This document shows positions 50,611-63,120 of a stretch of DNA of 64,000 nt, piece by piece; within the stretch, counting starts at the first letter, position 1; each line of letters begins with the position of its first letter. The notes beneath the pieces are model-generated. The model ran no database searches. It was given only the letters and a program-made list of their open reading frames with translations, and was not told the origin of the DNA. The translations under genes and the position numbers were made by a program. The DNA comes from Rhina ancylostomus (lineage: Eukaryota): contig JARFYF010000065.1 in NCBI GenBank assembly GCA_030265395.1, forward strand, positions 12,291,184 through 12,355,183, given 5' to 3'.

Positions 50611-50756
50611 TCAGCTATGAATCCTGCAAGAGGGGGAGATTATGAGGGAGGACAGTTGTGAATTCACCATGCTGTCGATCCAACTCACATCAGAATCTGA
50701 AGCATTGCACATTTGTCTCACCATCAACTCTTTCCTTGTGCACTCAATACTTCTAC
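50611..50756 (-). CDS. CCDC159: CCDC159-like putative distal exon (reads to TGA at 50611, or splices at GTGAGT 50688)
   Basis: ttttttctttaacag|GTAGAAG..., in phase 1, encodes ...NASDSD. Confidence 0.5.
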
Positions 50757-53700
50757 CTGTTAAAGAAAAAACATGCTTCATTAGTACACTTTACCTCCAT
50801 TTATTTGGTATGCTCAGAAAGGGGCTAATTGGCTGACTGGAACTAAATGCCATTAAAATCATGGTGCAGCAGATCGTTGTGCTACCACCTCGCATCTTAT
50901 TAGACAGAGGGGCTCTTTCAGTTAAATAAAAGGTTGCCCTGACAGCTCTGTTGATCTTGGTTAGGTTGGTACACCATACCTTGGCTTGAACAGTGGACCT
51001 TCTGGTCCAACATTCAGTACTACCACATGGGACAGTGTCTTTGAACCATTCGAGGGAATCTGTCCATCATTCTGTGAACTAAATGAGAAGGGAGTAGGTT
51101 ATAGCTCCCTTAGGTAGTAGAGACGAGAGGATAGCAACTTAATTTCTGCTGGTTGCCTCACTGGCCAGCAGTGGGTTGAAGCCCAGTAGTGTGTGATTAA
51201 GGGTGCATTGACAGAATTACTGGGCAGTTTCAGCACTGGAAACACCAGTGTTTTGGTGGTTTGGAATGGTCTTTATCCTCTACCAAACTGGAAACATAAA
51301 TGTAAATCAAATATTGAACTTCTCAGGACCCTACAAACCGGGGAATAGCATTGGAGTATTGGCAATTGAAAGATTCCTAGAAAAAGGATCTGGGAATACA
51401 CACTCACAACCTGAAAACTAATTGACATGGACTGTGCATTGTGGATGTGTTTCAATTTTGTGCTGACTCCTGCTTCCCTCAAGTAAGGTGAATCATTTTA
51501 AAATGATTTAAAAATAAGGTCATAAAATCAGGGGTGCTCAGACTAACCTCTCTTAATCTTGGCAACGGTATTGTTTCCTTTGCCGGAATAACACAGGTTC
51601 TGAATCTGCTCCTGCATGTCGATCATTGCTAGCCTATGCAGAAACACAAGTGGAGAACATTGAAGGTTACAGGCCTGAATGAGGACACTCCATGCCCCCT
51701 CCTGTTCCTTCTTGCCCACCCTGCACTCTGGCAATTCCAATTCCCTCTGCCCCTTCTCCTAAATGTGCTGATTGTAGCTGATCCTCTCTGAGTGCATGAC
51801 TGTGGGTAGGCCGTTTAATTTCTCTGCCAAGTTCAATCTTCCCTCACATTCCAGAAAAGGTCAATGGAGAGCAAGGATCCTGGCAGCTGTTCTCCCTTCT
51901 TAACTTTGTTACTCTGTACAGATTAGTATCAATGCAGTCAGTGCATTACCATCGGGCAGTTCAATCTCTTTCCATTATGAGGAAAGGAATTAAGAAGAGG
52001 CATTGGCTGCGTGGCCTTTAAAGTCACCTCTTCCATGCGTCAGGATCATGGCTAAATCAGTAACTCGAGCATTTTCCTACCCATTTCCTACCATTGTGCC
52101 CCTCTCTCACATTCACTGCTTATGAGCCTGTTGCACTGCCACGTACTTAATGTCTTTTAACTCCTGTTCAGGGTCCAGTGACTGCACTTGTCTGCATCTT
52201 TGTATTAGCCTTTCTAGAATCTGGATGGGAGTAAACATTACAGGATGTTACTTTGTGATGTTTTAATAGCCTAATACCAGCCACATGATAAACACCATAA
52301 GCTCTATCAAACATTCCATCCCACTTAATTTGTGCTGTTTTAGGAGGTAGGAATTGAGAAGTTTCAATGTGGCTTCACACTCCTGATCACTCTTGCGGAT
52401 CACTGGACAGCAGAGATGAACTTAGGATAAGGACAATGGTGGAGGCTCTACTGGTTCTTGCAGAGGTACCAACTGATGTGAGGAGAAAGTGGGGAAGTTT
52501 TTAAGTTTTTCCCTTATTGAAAGGAAAAATTGGGATTATTAGAGCAAATAGCTGATGTACTGGATCCATTAACTGTTTCTGAGGGAATGTCCTGTTCTAC
52601 TAATGGAGAAACACTGCATAGATCCTAAGATCTAATAAGTTTCACTGAAGCTGATATTTCAAGCAGTAGTAGTGCTGTCCCTTCCAGAGGCTTCAATACC
52701 TCTAGGGAAAGTACACTCATCTGATATTCAGAGCAATGGCAGGATATCAGTAGTGTTAGACTCCCATCAGTTAAGGTCCTTGGTTTAAATTCTTGCCTGA
52801 TTGGACATTCAAACTCAACTGGTCCCTCACAAACTACACCCTTCACCCATGGAGGATTTGATGATAGGACAAGGTGGAAGATCTGGAGAAACTGATTCAC
52901 TCTAACAGGATTAGTCATAATTCATTGTAACAAGGAATGGTCAGGCTGGGATTGAGAACAATAGTCCTTCATAAGATTAGCTCCTGCAAGGGTCAGTGGG
53001 GAACTGCCAACATTCTCCTTGGATGTGGGTACAGTGTAGTATAACCATATGACCAAAGAATGGTCTGTGATGGAGAAAAATCAGAACCACAATTTGAAGT
53101 TCAAAGAATGCATTTTCTGAATGCAAATTCTGTAAATAAACTGGGATTTGGGTCAGTTACGAAGCTCCTTCAGTAATTGCTGAATGAGTAATGAAGAGCA
53201 AACTGAGTAATTACAGTGCTGCTGTACCTGATTATATTTCTTTTGGTTCTGTCTGAGTATTTTGCAATCTGTCAAACTACTTAACAGATCGTCCTCTTGA
53301 ATAGCTGCAACCAAAAAGGTGAAAAATATTTATTTTCATTTTAATTCCAGAAGTCTTCAGCATTCTGTGAATCTCTTATTTCTCCATCTCGGTAGGTGGG
53401 TGTGGTGTTCCACTTCTGGAGGAAGGACCTGGCCTTTGCTTGGTGCCTCTTCCCAATGACCAAACAGCCCTGACTGGCGCAGCACAGCTTGGATGCACCA
53501 GCTCTGGCAAAGACATCTCTGGTCTCGCTTCATCCTCAAACAGGATGATTCATCCAGCCACGAGTCTGCCATGATTCAGTTGATCACATTCTCACCTGCC
53601 TGCTTTCTTAAAAGTAAGACTTTGTATTGATACCTGCCTTATTTCAGGTGGACTTAAGATTCCAGGGCACCATTTTAAAGAGGAATTAGTGGAGTTCTGC

Positions 53701-56700
53701 CCAGAATACTACCTATCCCTCACTCAACATCACTGATGATTACTGTTTGTGTAAATCTCTGGTAATGTATCTAATTAACTGCTGTGCTTTCTACATTACA
53801 AGTGACAAGCCTGAAAGAGGTACCATTAGCTGTAAAGTGCTTTGGTAGGTCCTGAACAGGATATGATAGGTGCTACATAAATACAGGCCTTTCTTTCACT
53901 GGACCCTGGGGTGATAGGACATACTTGGATTGGTTTTCCCCACATTGGTCCTGTACTCAATGCACAGATTAATGGGAGAGTGATCCCAAAGGACAGCTGT
54001 CAGCTGTGAGCAGCAGGGAACATGACCACCAAACCCAGTTCAACCCTCACCCATGCCTGGGTGAGCAGGGGTCAGTGGTAGAGAGCAGAATATGTGATTT
54101 ATTTTATTCCTCTCCAGTTGCAGGGATCTGCAACTGACAGAAATAGTTCATCCTCAACCCACTGAAGATCAGATCAGCCTGGGCCCTCATCGTCTGGGGG
54201 ACCCAGTTCTACACTGCTCACCTAACAGTGCGGCTGTGTTTCCATCCTTCAGCTGAAGCTCGGGATGTCCTTTAATCATTCTGTACAAGTTTATGTGATT
54301 TACACAAATTAATTGTTCTGTATGATATCAGCAGTTAATGAGATGAAATTGCTCATACAGTAACATGAAGTAGGTGCCAGTGACTGATTTAGTTTGCCTA
54401 AGACTTGTTGCATCCCTAATATCTATTGGAATTCAAATGGAGTTACTTTGTTCAACTGCTTCATCCTTGTTTTAACTCTGCACTGAGTTAAGACTAAGGC
54501 TTCCAGCCATGCATTTCCCTCCTGATTCCAAACATTTGCTTGGCATTACCATGGACCATACCCTAGGGTGCATTACCCTGTTGGCAACATATCCCTGCTG
54601 GGAATTAGGAAGCACACAACATTCTGCAATGATCCTGTTGGTACCCAATTCAGGCTTAGCATTTGTTGTTTATCAACCCACTCCACATCACAGTAAGAGG
54701 AGGTAAAGGATACTGACTTAGTTTTCTGTTAATTTGCTCTATTTCCTTCCGCAATGATTCACATTCTTCCCATAGAAATTTTTTGCTGCAAGAAACATAA
54801 AGAACTGAGTTAACGCCTTGATTCTGATTCCAGAGAGCAATTTACAGTCAACATGTGGAAAGGATGCTCTCCCCTTGTGTTTCCCCAGATTATTCAGGTG
54901 ACATTCTTCAATGACTTTAGTCCAGAAAAATGTTGAGTTGTCATTTTTCCCATCCTTTCCCTAAATACACAAGATAATTCCTCAGCATGAAGTGCTTGAC
55001 TGAGCAAGGTTCCAGAGCTCCTCTGACAACCTACCTCCCTTCCTTAAGATGCACAGGCCAAGTTCCAAACATAAAATCAGAGCAAGAGAAAGCTCTTTAT
55101 CTGATTGTACTGCATTCACAAAACATTTTTCAACCATGAACTTTACACTGATTTTTTTTTAAATCAATGTGTTCTATTAACATTATTCTAACTTTATGCT
55201 CCCCCTTGCAACAGATACTGGTACAATCTTTTAAAAGGTTCCAGTTGACCTGAACATCCATGCCCTGAGTCCTTGTCAAAGGGCAGACTTCTGATCTGAA
55301 ATTACCAGCAAGGTCTGAATTAGAATATCCACAGAATCAAACCTGCAGCTCCTGGTGGTTTAATATTTTGGTGATGTTACTATCAAGTCACCACTATTCT
55401 GAGTGATTATATGTGCGGAAGTTAGCAAGATATTGGCCTGGGCTTCACTCCAGCAAATGGTGCTGGAATCAATGGCTGCTGGATTATTGAATGTGCTTGG
55501 ATATGGTTCCACAGGCACTAGAAAAAGTGGACCAATTACTAATGGTAAGCCTAGTCCATGCATGGCTTGACTGGAGAGGGGAGGTAATCAATGAACAGCT
55601 ACATCTCACTTTTGTCCAGTGCCCATAGAGGTGATGGGATTCTTGCCCACTAATCTGCCCGAGTGGATTTTGGCACAGATAGCACAAATATCGGTTAAAT
55701 CCCACTGAGATCTGTTAAGAAGTGTAAATTACTTTGCCACAGAAGCCTTGCTCTATTTCTGCATGGCTTACCTCTCATGTATTTCTGTAGCAAGTTCTTC
55801 AGCCTGGTTGCTGGTATCGGTTGATTGCCCCTGGTTTTCTGCTTGCTGGACTGGTTCTTGTGGTTTGGTCAGGTTTGAGGACAGCTCCTTCTTCCAGTCT
55901 TCAATCTTTCTGTCTATCATCAAGTTAATCCTGTCCTCTTCAATATTGCTGCTCATGCTCAGTCTCCTCACCTCCGCTGTGAAAGATACAAAGGGTTCAC
56001 CGATGAGATGGCAGGACCATCTCAAGAGGCTGGCCTGCTGGGTAAGTGCCCAAGCTGGGGTACATCATAGCAATGTAAGCATGGGTTGAATCACCTAATC
56101 TCAGCCACACAGGTGTTGGAAGGAGGTTTTCTCTACTGGATGTCTAAGTATTTCTTATTAGGACTCAAGAAAACAGGAACAGGAGTCGGCCACTCAGCCC
56201 CTTGAACCTGCCCTGCCATTCAATGTGCTCATGGCTGATCTGCCCCAGGCCTCATCTCCTCGTCTGTCACAGCATAGGGTCTGGGAGCTTTGAGGTCAGG
56301 AGAAAAATCAATGATTCAGCCCAGAAAATATAACTAAATAAATTTCATCTCGTTCCATGCGTATTCTGGGCCATTATCTCGGATGGTTTGGGTTTGTCTC
56401 AATTACAGAGTGTACATGGGGGAACTCGACACCAGCTAGGCACTGGGCTTGGGCTTGAGTAGACTTCCTCCTCAGATTGGAGAATCTGCTGAAGGTGAGC
56501 GGTTGGGGACAATTGTGAGCTCTGAAGGGTGACGGGAACAGCAGCAAGAATTAACGCCTTCACTGGGGGAGGGATGGGGTGGGTTTCAAAATTAGTTGGA
56601 GGTCCATCTTTCAGATGAGCCCCATCTGTCCCCAGGATGGACATAAAGGATCCCACAGACCACTCAAATGAGTGACGGCTTCTTCCAAGGCTCCCTGATG

Positions 56701-59700
56701 ATGTTTTTTCCAGAAACCAACAGTCCGAAACAAATCACTGTTGTTTATTTGACTGATGTATGTGGAACTTTCTGTGCTCATTACTGCTGTATGCCCTATG
56801 GTACAATACCCCTGAGTAATGGACCATTTACTGTGAAGTATTTTCCCGAATGCTAATTATAAATGCAATTTTCTTTCACCTTTCCCCTTCCACTGCTGCG
56901 GGAGTGGCATTTCTCTGACCCAGACTCCCTGAAGCATGAGCTCTACCAGTGAATGTGAGTATATTGACTTACAACCCCTTCACAAAACCCAAACGTTCAG
57001 AGTTTCAGAAGAATAAATGTCCAGCAACTATCCCTACTCTGTCTCAATTACCACCTCGCTGGTCATAAGTCACACCGACTGAAATACGGCCCATCAAGTC
57101 CACACAGACCATCGAGCACCCATTTGCATGAATCCTACACTAGTTCAATTTTGTTGTTAAATTGTCCCCACATTCCCATCAATTCTCCCCACACTCTACC
57201 ACTCACCTACACGCTGTGGGCAATTTACAGTATGGATAAACAGGAGCACCCAGGGAAACCCACGTGATCACAAGGAGAATGTGCAAACTCCACGCAGACA
57301 GCACCCGAGGTCAGGACTGAACCTGGGTCACTGGAGTTGTGAGGCAGCGGCAGCTCTACAGGCTGCACCAAAAGTACTGAGGACAACTGCAACTCCTGAC
57401 GGGTCAGATCCTAGTTTGTTTGGCTCGTTACCATTCAGCAAGACCCACCACCACTGAGCCACAGGGACCTCCTTCAACCTCTGTTTAAAAACCTTTGGGC
57501 AGTCTTGAAGTTGGCTTGAGAGATTAAGAGGCAATGTACCAAACCACTTTGGGCACCTCAAAGAGACCATTCCCCCCACCCTCTTGCCCACTCCAAACAC
57601 TCCCCACCTGACTCGAGCCCTCACTGCCCGGACCACAGACATTTCCGAGAGATCCGTTCCCTTCACGTACCCTCCAGTAGTCGGATCTGCTGCTGATGGT
57701 GGCTTCGTTCCTTTGCTAGGAGGCTCACTGTTTGATTCAAGGATTCAATGGTCTAGGAATAAAGTAAACTGTGAGAACAGGAGCAGCTCTGTCATGGCAC
57801 AGCGCTCCACTTAAAACATCCTACCATTTCTGTCATGGTTACAAGTGGCACACGGACTACGTGAGTGAGCAAATTACACAATATAATGGATATGCGGAGG
57901 GGGACGTGGACACACAACAGATGATTGGACGGGTTGGATGACACTGGATAATGGTCTGGAACAGAAGCTGACAGATTGCAGCAGGTATATTCTCTATTTT
58001 GTTGTTGCTATTATTAGCAATGTGAGGAAACCGCTTTGTCTACTGCTGTTTTAAGTCCCAGAAGATTTACTCTGGACTTGGAGCTGGCCTGACGCACAAC
58101 TCCGTACCATCCAGATGTGATGCGGAAAGGGTCACTCTGCTCTCAACTCAACATTCACAGCCTCGAAGCAAAAATCTGTAGATGGTGGAAATTAGAAATA
58201 TAAACAGCAAAATGCTGGAAACACTCAGCAGGACAGGCAGCCTCCACAGAGAGAGAAACAGCTATCAGTGATCCACTCCCTCACCGCCCCCCCCCCCCAC
58301 AGTTTGCAGATCCCAACTGATATGCTGAGCATGCCAAGCAATAGTCAGTTCTGACACAAACTGGAAAGGCTGGTTATCTGAAATTGTTGAGTCTAATATT
58401 GGGTACATAGACAGAGTATGAGGAGGTTCTTCAAGCCCACCTTAGGGTTCAATGGATCACTGAGAGGGCAAAGTGGGAGATGGATGGAGAATTAAAATGA
58501 CAGGCAATAACATTCTCACAGTTTCTGCTTTTGTTTTTCTCCCCCTGTTCTCTTTCTTCCTCATTTACACGTCCTTCAGAGATCAGTTGTCATATTTCCA
58601 TCAATACCAATGAGCATCATCCATTTTCTCATGGTCTCCACTCTATCACAGACATTCTCTTTGTTCTCACCAGCCTTTCCCCTACTCTGCAATTTAATTC
58701 ATGCCCAGTTTCTACATTTCCCCAGTTATAAAACATGTAGAACAGTACAGGCCCTTCAGCCCACAATGTTGTGCCAATATTCTATCCTGCTCTAAGATCT
58801 ATCTAACCCTTCCCACACATATAGCCCTCCATTTTTCTATCATTCATTTGCCTATTTAAGAGTCTTTCAAATGTCCCTAATGTATCTGTCTCCACCACCT
58901 CTGCCAGCAGTGCGTTCCACGCACCCACCATTATGTGTAAAAAAAACCTTAATGACATTCCCGCTTATACCTTCCTCCAATCATCTTAAAATTGCCCCTT
59001 GTGTTAGCCATTTTCACCCTGGGAAAATGTCTCTGACTGTCCACTCGATCTATGCCTCTTATCACCTCGTACACCTCTATCAAGTCACCTCTCATCTTCC
59101 TTCGCTCCAAAGAGAAAACCCTAGCTTGTTCAACCTATCCTTATGAGACATGCTCTCCAANNNNNNNNNNNNNNNNNNNNNNNNNNNNNTGCACCCTCTC
59201 TAAAGCTTCCACATCCTTCCTATAATGAAGCGACCAGAACTGAACACAATACTCCAAGTGTGGTCTAAACAGAGTTTTATAGAGCTGCAACATTTCCTCA
59301 CGGCTCTTGAACTCAATACCTCGACTAATGAAGGATCATGAGAATAACACTGATTCTCACTCCACCCATGCTGCCTAATCTGCTGAGTATTTCCAGCATG
59401 TTCTCTCTCTTTTAAATTTCATAATACAGTATTTTACTTTGGGAGAAAGAATAACTTGAAGTCACAAAAATAAAGTTCTGCCTGATTCATACTCTGGTTT
59501 GGACTTCAATGTGGAATTTGATGACCTCGAGCTCATCCATCAGGTGCTTGCTGTCCGGTGGAGATCCCGAGTGTGTGTCAGTGAAGCTCCGCACCTTATT
59601 AAATGTGGTGTCTGAAACACAGGAGAGGTTCGTCACACCTGCTGATTGCCTGATGTCTGTATGTTAATCAGTGCTGGTGGACTAGATGTTTGAGCTGAAA

Positions 59701-62700
59701 CAGTAATATGTATCTGTCCCCACCTTTCTGGTGACAACCGCCAAACTTCAACGTCTGCTGCAAGGGAAGAAAATAACATCAGTGACTCAAAACCAACTTC
59801 CAGGAGAGCTTCTGAATTACTGCTACATTACTCGTTCTCTACACTAGACAGGAATTCTCCAGTGTTTGCCACCACTTTGTTAGCAGCAGCCACTCTATCT
59901 CTTTGCACCAGTATTGTTCCTACTTAACAAGTTACTTATCCTGTTGTTCAACTCAGTGACTTCTGGAGTTTCAGGTACCTAAGAAAGGATTTACTTCCCT
60001 TGGAGTCAATGCATTGTAGATTCTGAGTGTTGGTCTGTGAGCAGAGAGTGTGTAGGATGGGTCTTCACTTATTGTTTAGAAGAAATGAGAGATGATTTCA
60101 TTTAAACCATGCAAGATTCTGAGGGACTGGTGGATAGAGAACTGAATGGGGGGGGGGGGGTGAACGTAGTCTCAGAACAAGAAGGGTTGGCCATAAACAA
60201 TGGATGAAGAGGAACTTGTACAGTGAGGGTTGTGAATCCTTGGAATGTTCCACCCTGTGGATTCCACATCCAAGACCATATTCAAGGGTGAAAACAATAC
60301 ATTTCTGGATTCTAGAGGAATCGAGGAACATGTGGGAATGTGAATTAGAGGGTCAGCTGTTACCTTATGCAGGCTCGGAGCAAGTTATGTGAATGTACTC
60401 GAGCAAAACCCTAACTGCCACTAGACATTTGTGTATTACATTCAAATATCGCCTCTCTAAAGTGGACTACAAAACTGTGAAGTAATCTGACTAACGCCAT
60501 GGCATGTTATACGGGTAATGGTTGCATGTGATCGTCAGTGAAAAATTGATTACCATCTCATGACTCTTATCCCCTGCGCAGTCTGTTCTTGCACATTGTG
60601 GTAGCTCCTGAGACAGAAAATGAGCAAGATTGCATGGTGAGTTGAAACCTGTGCCCATTCTCTGGAAGTCGCCCTTAATGAGGGGGATTGAAAGTGACAG
60701 GTGTAGGTGCAGACAATGGCTTGCCTAGGAACGTGTGACTCCACATTAATCACTTACATTTGTTCAAGTCCTGCCCCGTTGTGTACCTTAAAATGGTCAG
60801 TTAATGCAATGGCTTAAAATGAGCTCAGTTGGAATTTCGAGAGATTTTTCATTGGTGAGTGTAGATTTCATTGGCTTGTGAAATGCACTCCCTACACATT
60901 GTATCCCAGCACATTAATATATTGTTACTCTGAGCTGCACTCATGACAACACTGACAAGCTATCACTGAAGTTGAGCAGCAGTTCAAAAGGGTCAAGATC
61001 TTGACCAGTGCTTAGATCTGATCCGAGCAGAGCATATTTTTCATAGGGGTCATAAGTTAATTGTCACAATTTCATCTGGAAAACTAATTTGATCTACTTG
61101 GTAAAACATAGCAATTAGGGGGAAAAAAAAGCAGAATTACACTTTCCAGGCTTATCCTTATGTGAGTCCCTTCAACCTTAAACAATACCAAACAGCCTCC
61201 ATTTTGGTATCTGAAACTTTTATTTTACCTGGATCAGCTCTGAATTTTCCTCAAATAAATTTGAAATTTCAGTGGCTGGATGTTCCACTTCCAAAGGAGA
61301 GCCCTGATCCTCGGAATCACCATTCTCCCCATCCCTTGTAACTCCAGTTAGAAATAATCCTCTATGCAACATTGGCATTGCATGCAATGACTGTGATACA
61401 GCTTACGTAACACACCAGTGCACTGTGGACATGGCAGTTTACAGACAGTTCTGGAGTTCACTGGCCTGGCTCCCTGTTGTAGAGATGTTCAGAAAATGGT
61501 GGCTGCAGGTTCCTCTTGCTTTGCAGTGCTTGAATTCTACAGCTGCTTGTGTTGATGTGCCATCCCGGTGACAGAATCACAGAATGATTACAGCACAGGA
61601 CGTCGTTCAGCCCGCCGGGCCAATTTCAGCTCTACGTAAAAGCAATCCAGTCAATCCCACTCCCTGCCCTCTACCTATAGCCCACAACTGTTTTTCCTTT
61701 GGGATACTTAACCAACTCCACTTTGAACAATGCCATTGATTGTCTCCACTGCCATCCCTGGCTGTGCACTTCAGACCCTTGCTGCTTGCTGTGTTTTTAA
61801 AGAATAAAATCCACGTTACTTTTGGTTCTTTTGTCATTCATTCTACATCCTTGGATTCTTGAACCCTCTGCCAACAGAAAGTTTTTCTCTCTAATCCTTC
61901 ATAATTTTGATTACCTGTAACAGATTTCCTCTCAACCTCCTCTTCCAAGCAGAACAACCCAATCAATCCTCATAACTAAATTCCCTCATCCCCTCCCTAA
62001 AGCCTTGACATTTTTTCCCAGTGTGGTACCTGGAGCCCCACACGATTCTCAAATTGTGGCCCAACCACTGTTTTGTAAAAGTTTATCGTGACTTACTTGT
62101 TTTTGCACTGTATGCCTCCGTCTCTGCAGACTGGGATACTTTCTTACCTCCTTCTCAACATTCCCTGCCACTTCCAATGAACATGAATACTCACAGAGCT
62201 CTCTGTTATTACACCCCTTTTAGAATTGCGCTATCTAGTTTATAATGGTCTTTTCTCATCTTTCCTACCAAAATGTAACACTTCACGCTCCTCACTATTA
62301 AAGTCCACCCTTTCTACTACTATGTCACCTTGAAGTCCTCACAACTCATTATTGCCTTCAAGTTTTTTTTATCATCTGTCAATTTAGAAAGTGAGCCCTG
62401 TGCACCCAGGTCCAAGTTATTAATTAAGAAAAGCAGTACAAGCCATCCTTGGGTAATGAATGTGTTCCATTTTTACAGACTTCCATAAGTCAATTTTGTC
62501 ATTGTTGGAAAATTTCACAAAAAGAACTCTATGGTACCCACACCTCCACCGTATTGTAATGAATGTCATCTAATGCACATAAGATTGATAATAAAGAACA
62601 ATTACCAAAAGTGGAGAGAGAGAGAGAGAGAAGAAACTATGTCTGCTGTTCGTAGGAATGAATGTATGTACGTATGTTGGACTTTTAAATTTAATAATAT

Positions 62701-63120
62701 TACAGGAGCTCGATCGTACATAGGGGTGTCCATCAGTTGGGCTTCACCTAGGGATGGCCTATAATTGAAATGCAAGAAAGCTGCAGATGTTGGAAATCTG
62801 GAATAAAGTCAAAGTACAGGAAATACTCAGCCGGTCAGGAAGCATCTGTGGAGGTGGAACTAGAGTTGATGTTTCAGGTCAATATACCTTCATCAAATGC
62901 TGAGTGCGGCCTGACCTGCTGGGTGTGTCCAGCATCTTGTTTTTGTTACCTTCATTAGAATCTGGTTCTGATGAAAGTCAGTGATGTAAAATGTTAACTC
63001 TGTTTCTCTCCCACAAGGCCCATTGAGCTAGGGCATGTCTGATGTCAGCGCTTGACCTACCATTGTATCCCCATCGTTGTCGGTGACTATCCGAGACATG
63101 AGAGAAATGTCAGTATTCAT
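50611..63120 (-). CDS. CCDC159: Coiled-coil domain-containing protein 159-like, multi-exon; terminal exons less certain
   Basis: Phase-consistent minus-strand exons 63120-63061, 60607-60554, 59757-59724, 59611-59493, 57752-57671, 55976-55772, 54785-54718, 53304-53228, 52220-52147, 51633-51548, 50756-(50689 or 50611). The core matches recalled human CCDC159 segment by segment: ELEVIKFHIEVQTR~ELESLKSQLQAQTK; LATEIHESKKFLWEECESLRKEI~LAQEIRDSKKFLWEELELVREEV; IQEDDL~AQEDEI; ELKDI~ELSDI. Confidence 0.85.
51548..51633 (-). CDS. CCDC159: CCDC159-like exon
   Basis: LAMIDMQEQIQNLCYSGKGNNTVAKIKRG; ctgcatag/gttagt. Confidence 0.78.
52147..52220 (-). CDS. CCDC159: CCDC159-like exon
   Basis: ILERLIQRCRQVQSLDPEQELKDI; catccag/gtacgt. 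Confidence 0.82.
53228..53304 (-). CDS. CCDC159: CCDC159-like exon
   Basis: IQEDDLLSSLTDCKILRQNQKKYNQ; ttgcag/gtacag. Confidence 0.85.
54718..54785 (-). CDS. CCDC159: CCDC159-like exon
   Basis: SKKFLWEECESLRKEIEQINRKL; ttcttgcag/gtcagt. Confidence 0.9.
55772..55976 (-). CDS. CCDC159: CCDC159-like exon
   Basis: EVRRLS...LATEIHE; ctttcacag/gtaagc. Confidence 0.87.
57065..57370 (-). mobile_element. tRNA-derived V-SINE (HE1-like)
   Basis: Reverse complement of the same family: ggagaatgtgcaaactccac..gcacccgaggtcaggactgaacc..tgtgaggcagc. Confidence 0.85.
57671..57752 (-). CDS. CCDC159: CCDC159-like exon
   Basis: TIESLNQTVSLLAKERSHHQQQIRLLE ~ human AFEFLNHSVTMLEKESCLQQIKIQQLE; tag/gtacgt. Confidence 0.87.
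58165..59425. mobile_element. Penelope-type inverted arms (about 58165-58260 and 59340-59425) interrupted by a CR1 3' end
   Basis: atgctggaaacactcagcagg..aggcagc versus gctgcct..ctgctgagtatttccagcat. Confidence 0.6.
58730..59335 (-). mobile_element. CR1-clade LINE 3' end (young)
   Basis: tacaggcccttcagcccacaatgttgtgcc tail and gaccagaactgaacacaatactccaagtgtgg, the antisense of the CR1 ORF2 C-terminal ..HLEYCVQFWS motif. Confidence 0.85.
59493..59611 (-). CDS. CCDC159: CCDC159-like exon
   Basis: TTFNKVRS...PPDSKHLMDELEVIKFHIEVQTR; cag/gtatga. Confidence 0.85.
59724..59757 (-). CDS. CCDC159: CCDC159-like putative micro-exon (34 bp)
   Basis: ttcttcccttgcag|CAGACG...GAAAG|gtgggg; supplies the required phase 0-to-1 change. 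Confidence 0.55.
60554..60607 (-). CDS. CCDC159: CCDC159-like putative exon (54 bp)
   Basis: tttctgtctcag|GAGCTA...GAGATG|gtaatc, open in phase 0. Confidence 0.5.
61570..62430 (-). mobile_element. CR1 LINE 3' fragment
   Basis: acagaatcacagaatg..acagcacagga..ttcagccc tail followed by antisense ORF2 remnants. Confidence 0.7.
62775..63015. mobile_element. Fold-back Penelope-type element with oppositely oriented hammerhead remnants
   Basis: ctgcagatgttggaaatctg.. left arm ending gtttcaggtcaa..cttcatca; right arm ctgatgaaag..aatgttaactctg. Confidence 0.65.
63061..63120 (-). CDS. CCDC159: CCDC159-like putative start exon (MNTDISLMSRIVTDNDGDTM)
   Basis: Acceptor ttttgcag at 63138, in-frame upstream TAA, ACGATGA start context, phase-0 donor gtaggt; no homology support. 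Confidence 0.5.

Noticed and set aside
53357-53572. 71-aa minus-strand ORF as a CCDC159 exon
   Set aside because: No suitable splice sites or phase; the homologous exon is 53304-53228.
50611-63120. KRI1 as the convergent neighbour of ATG4D, as in human
   Set aside because: No KRI1 motifs were found; the exons match CCDC159.
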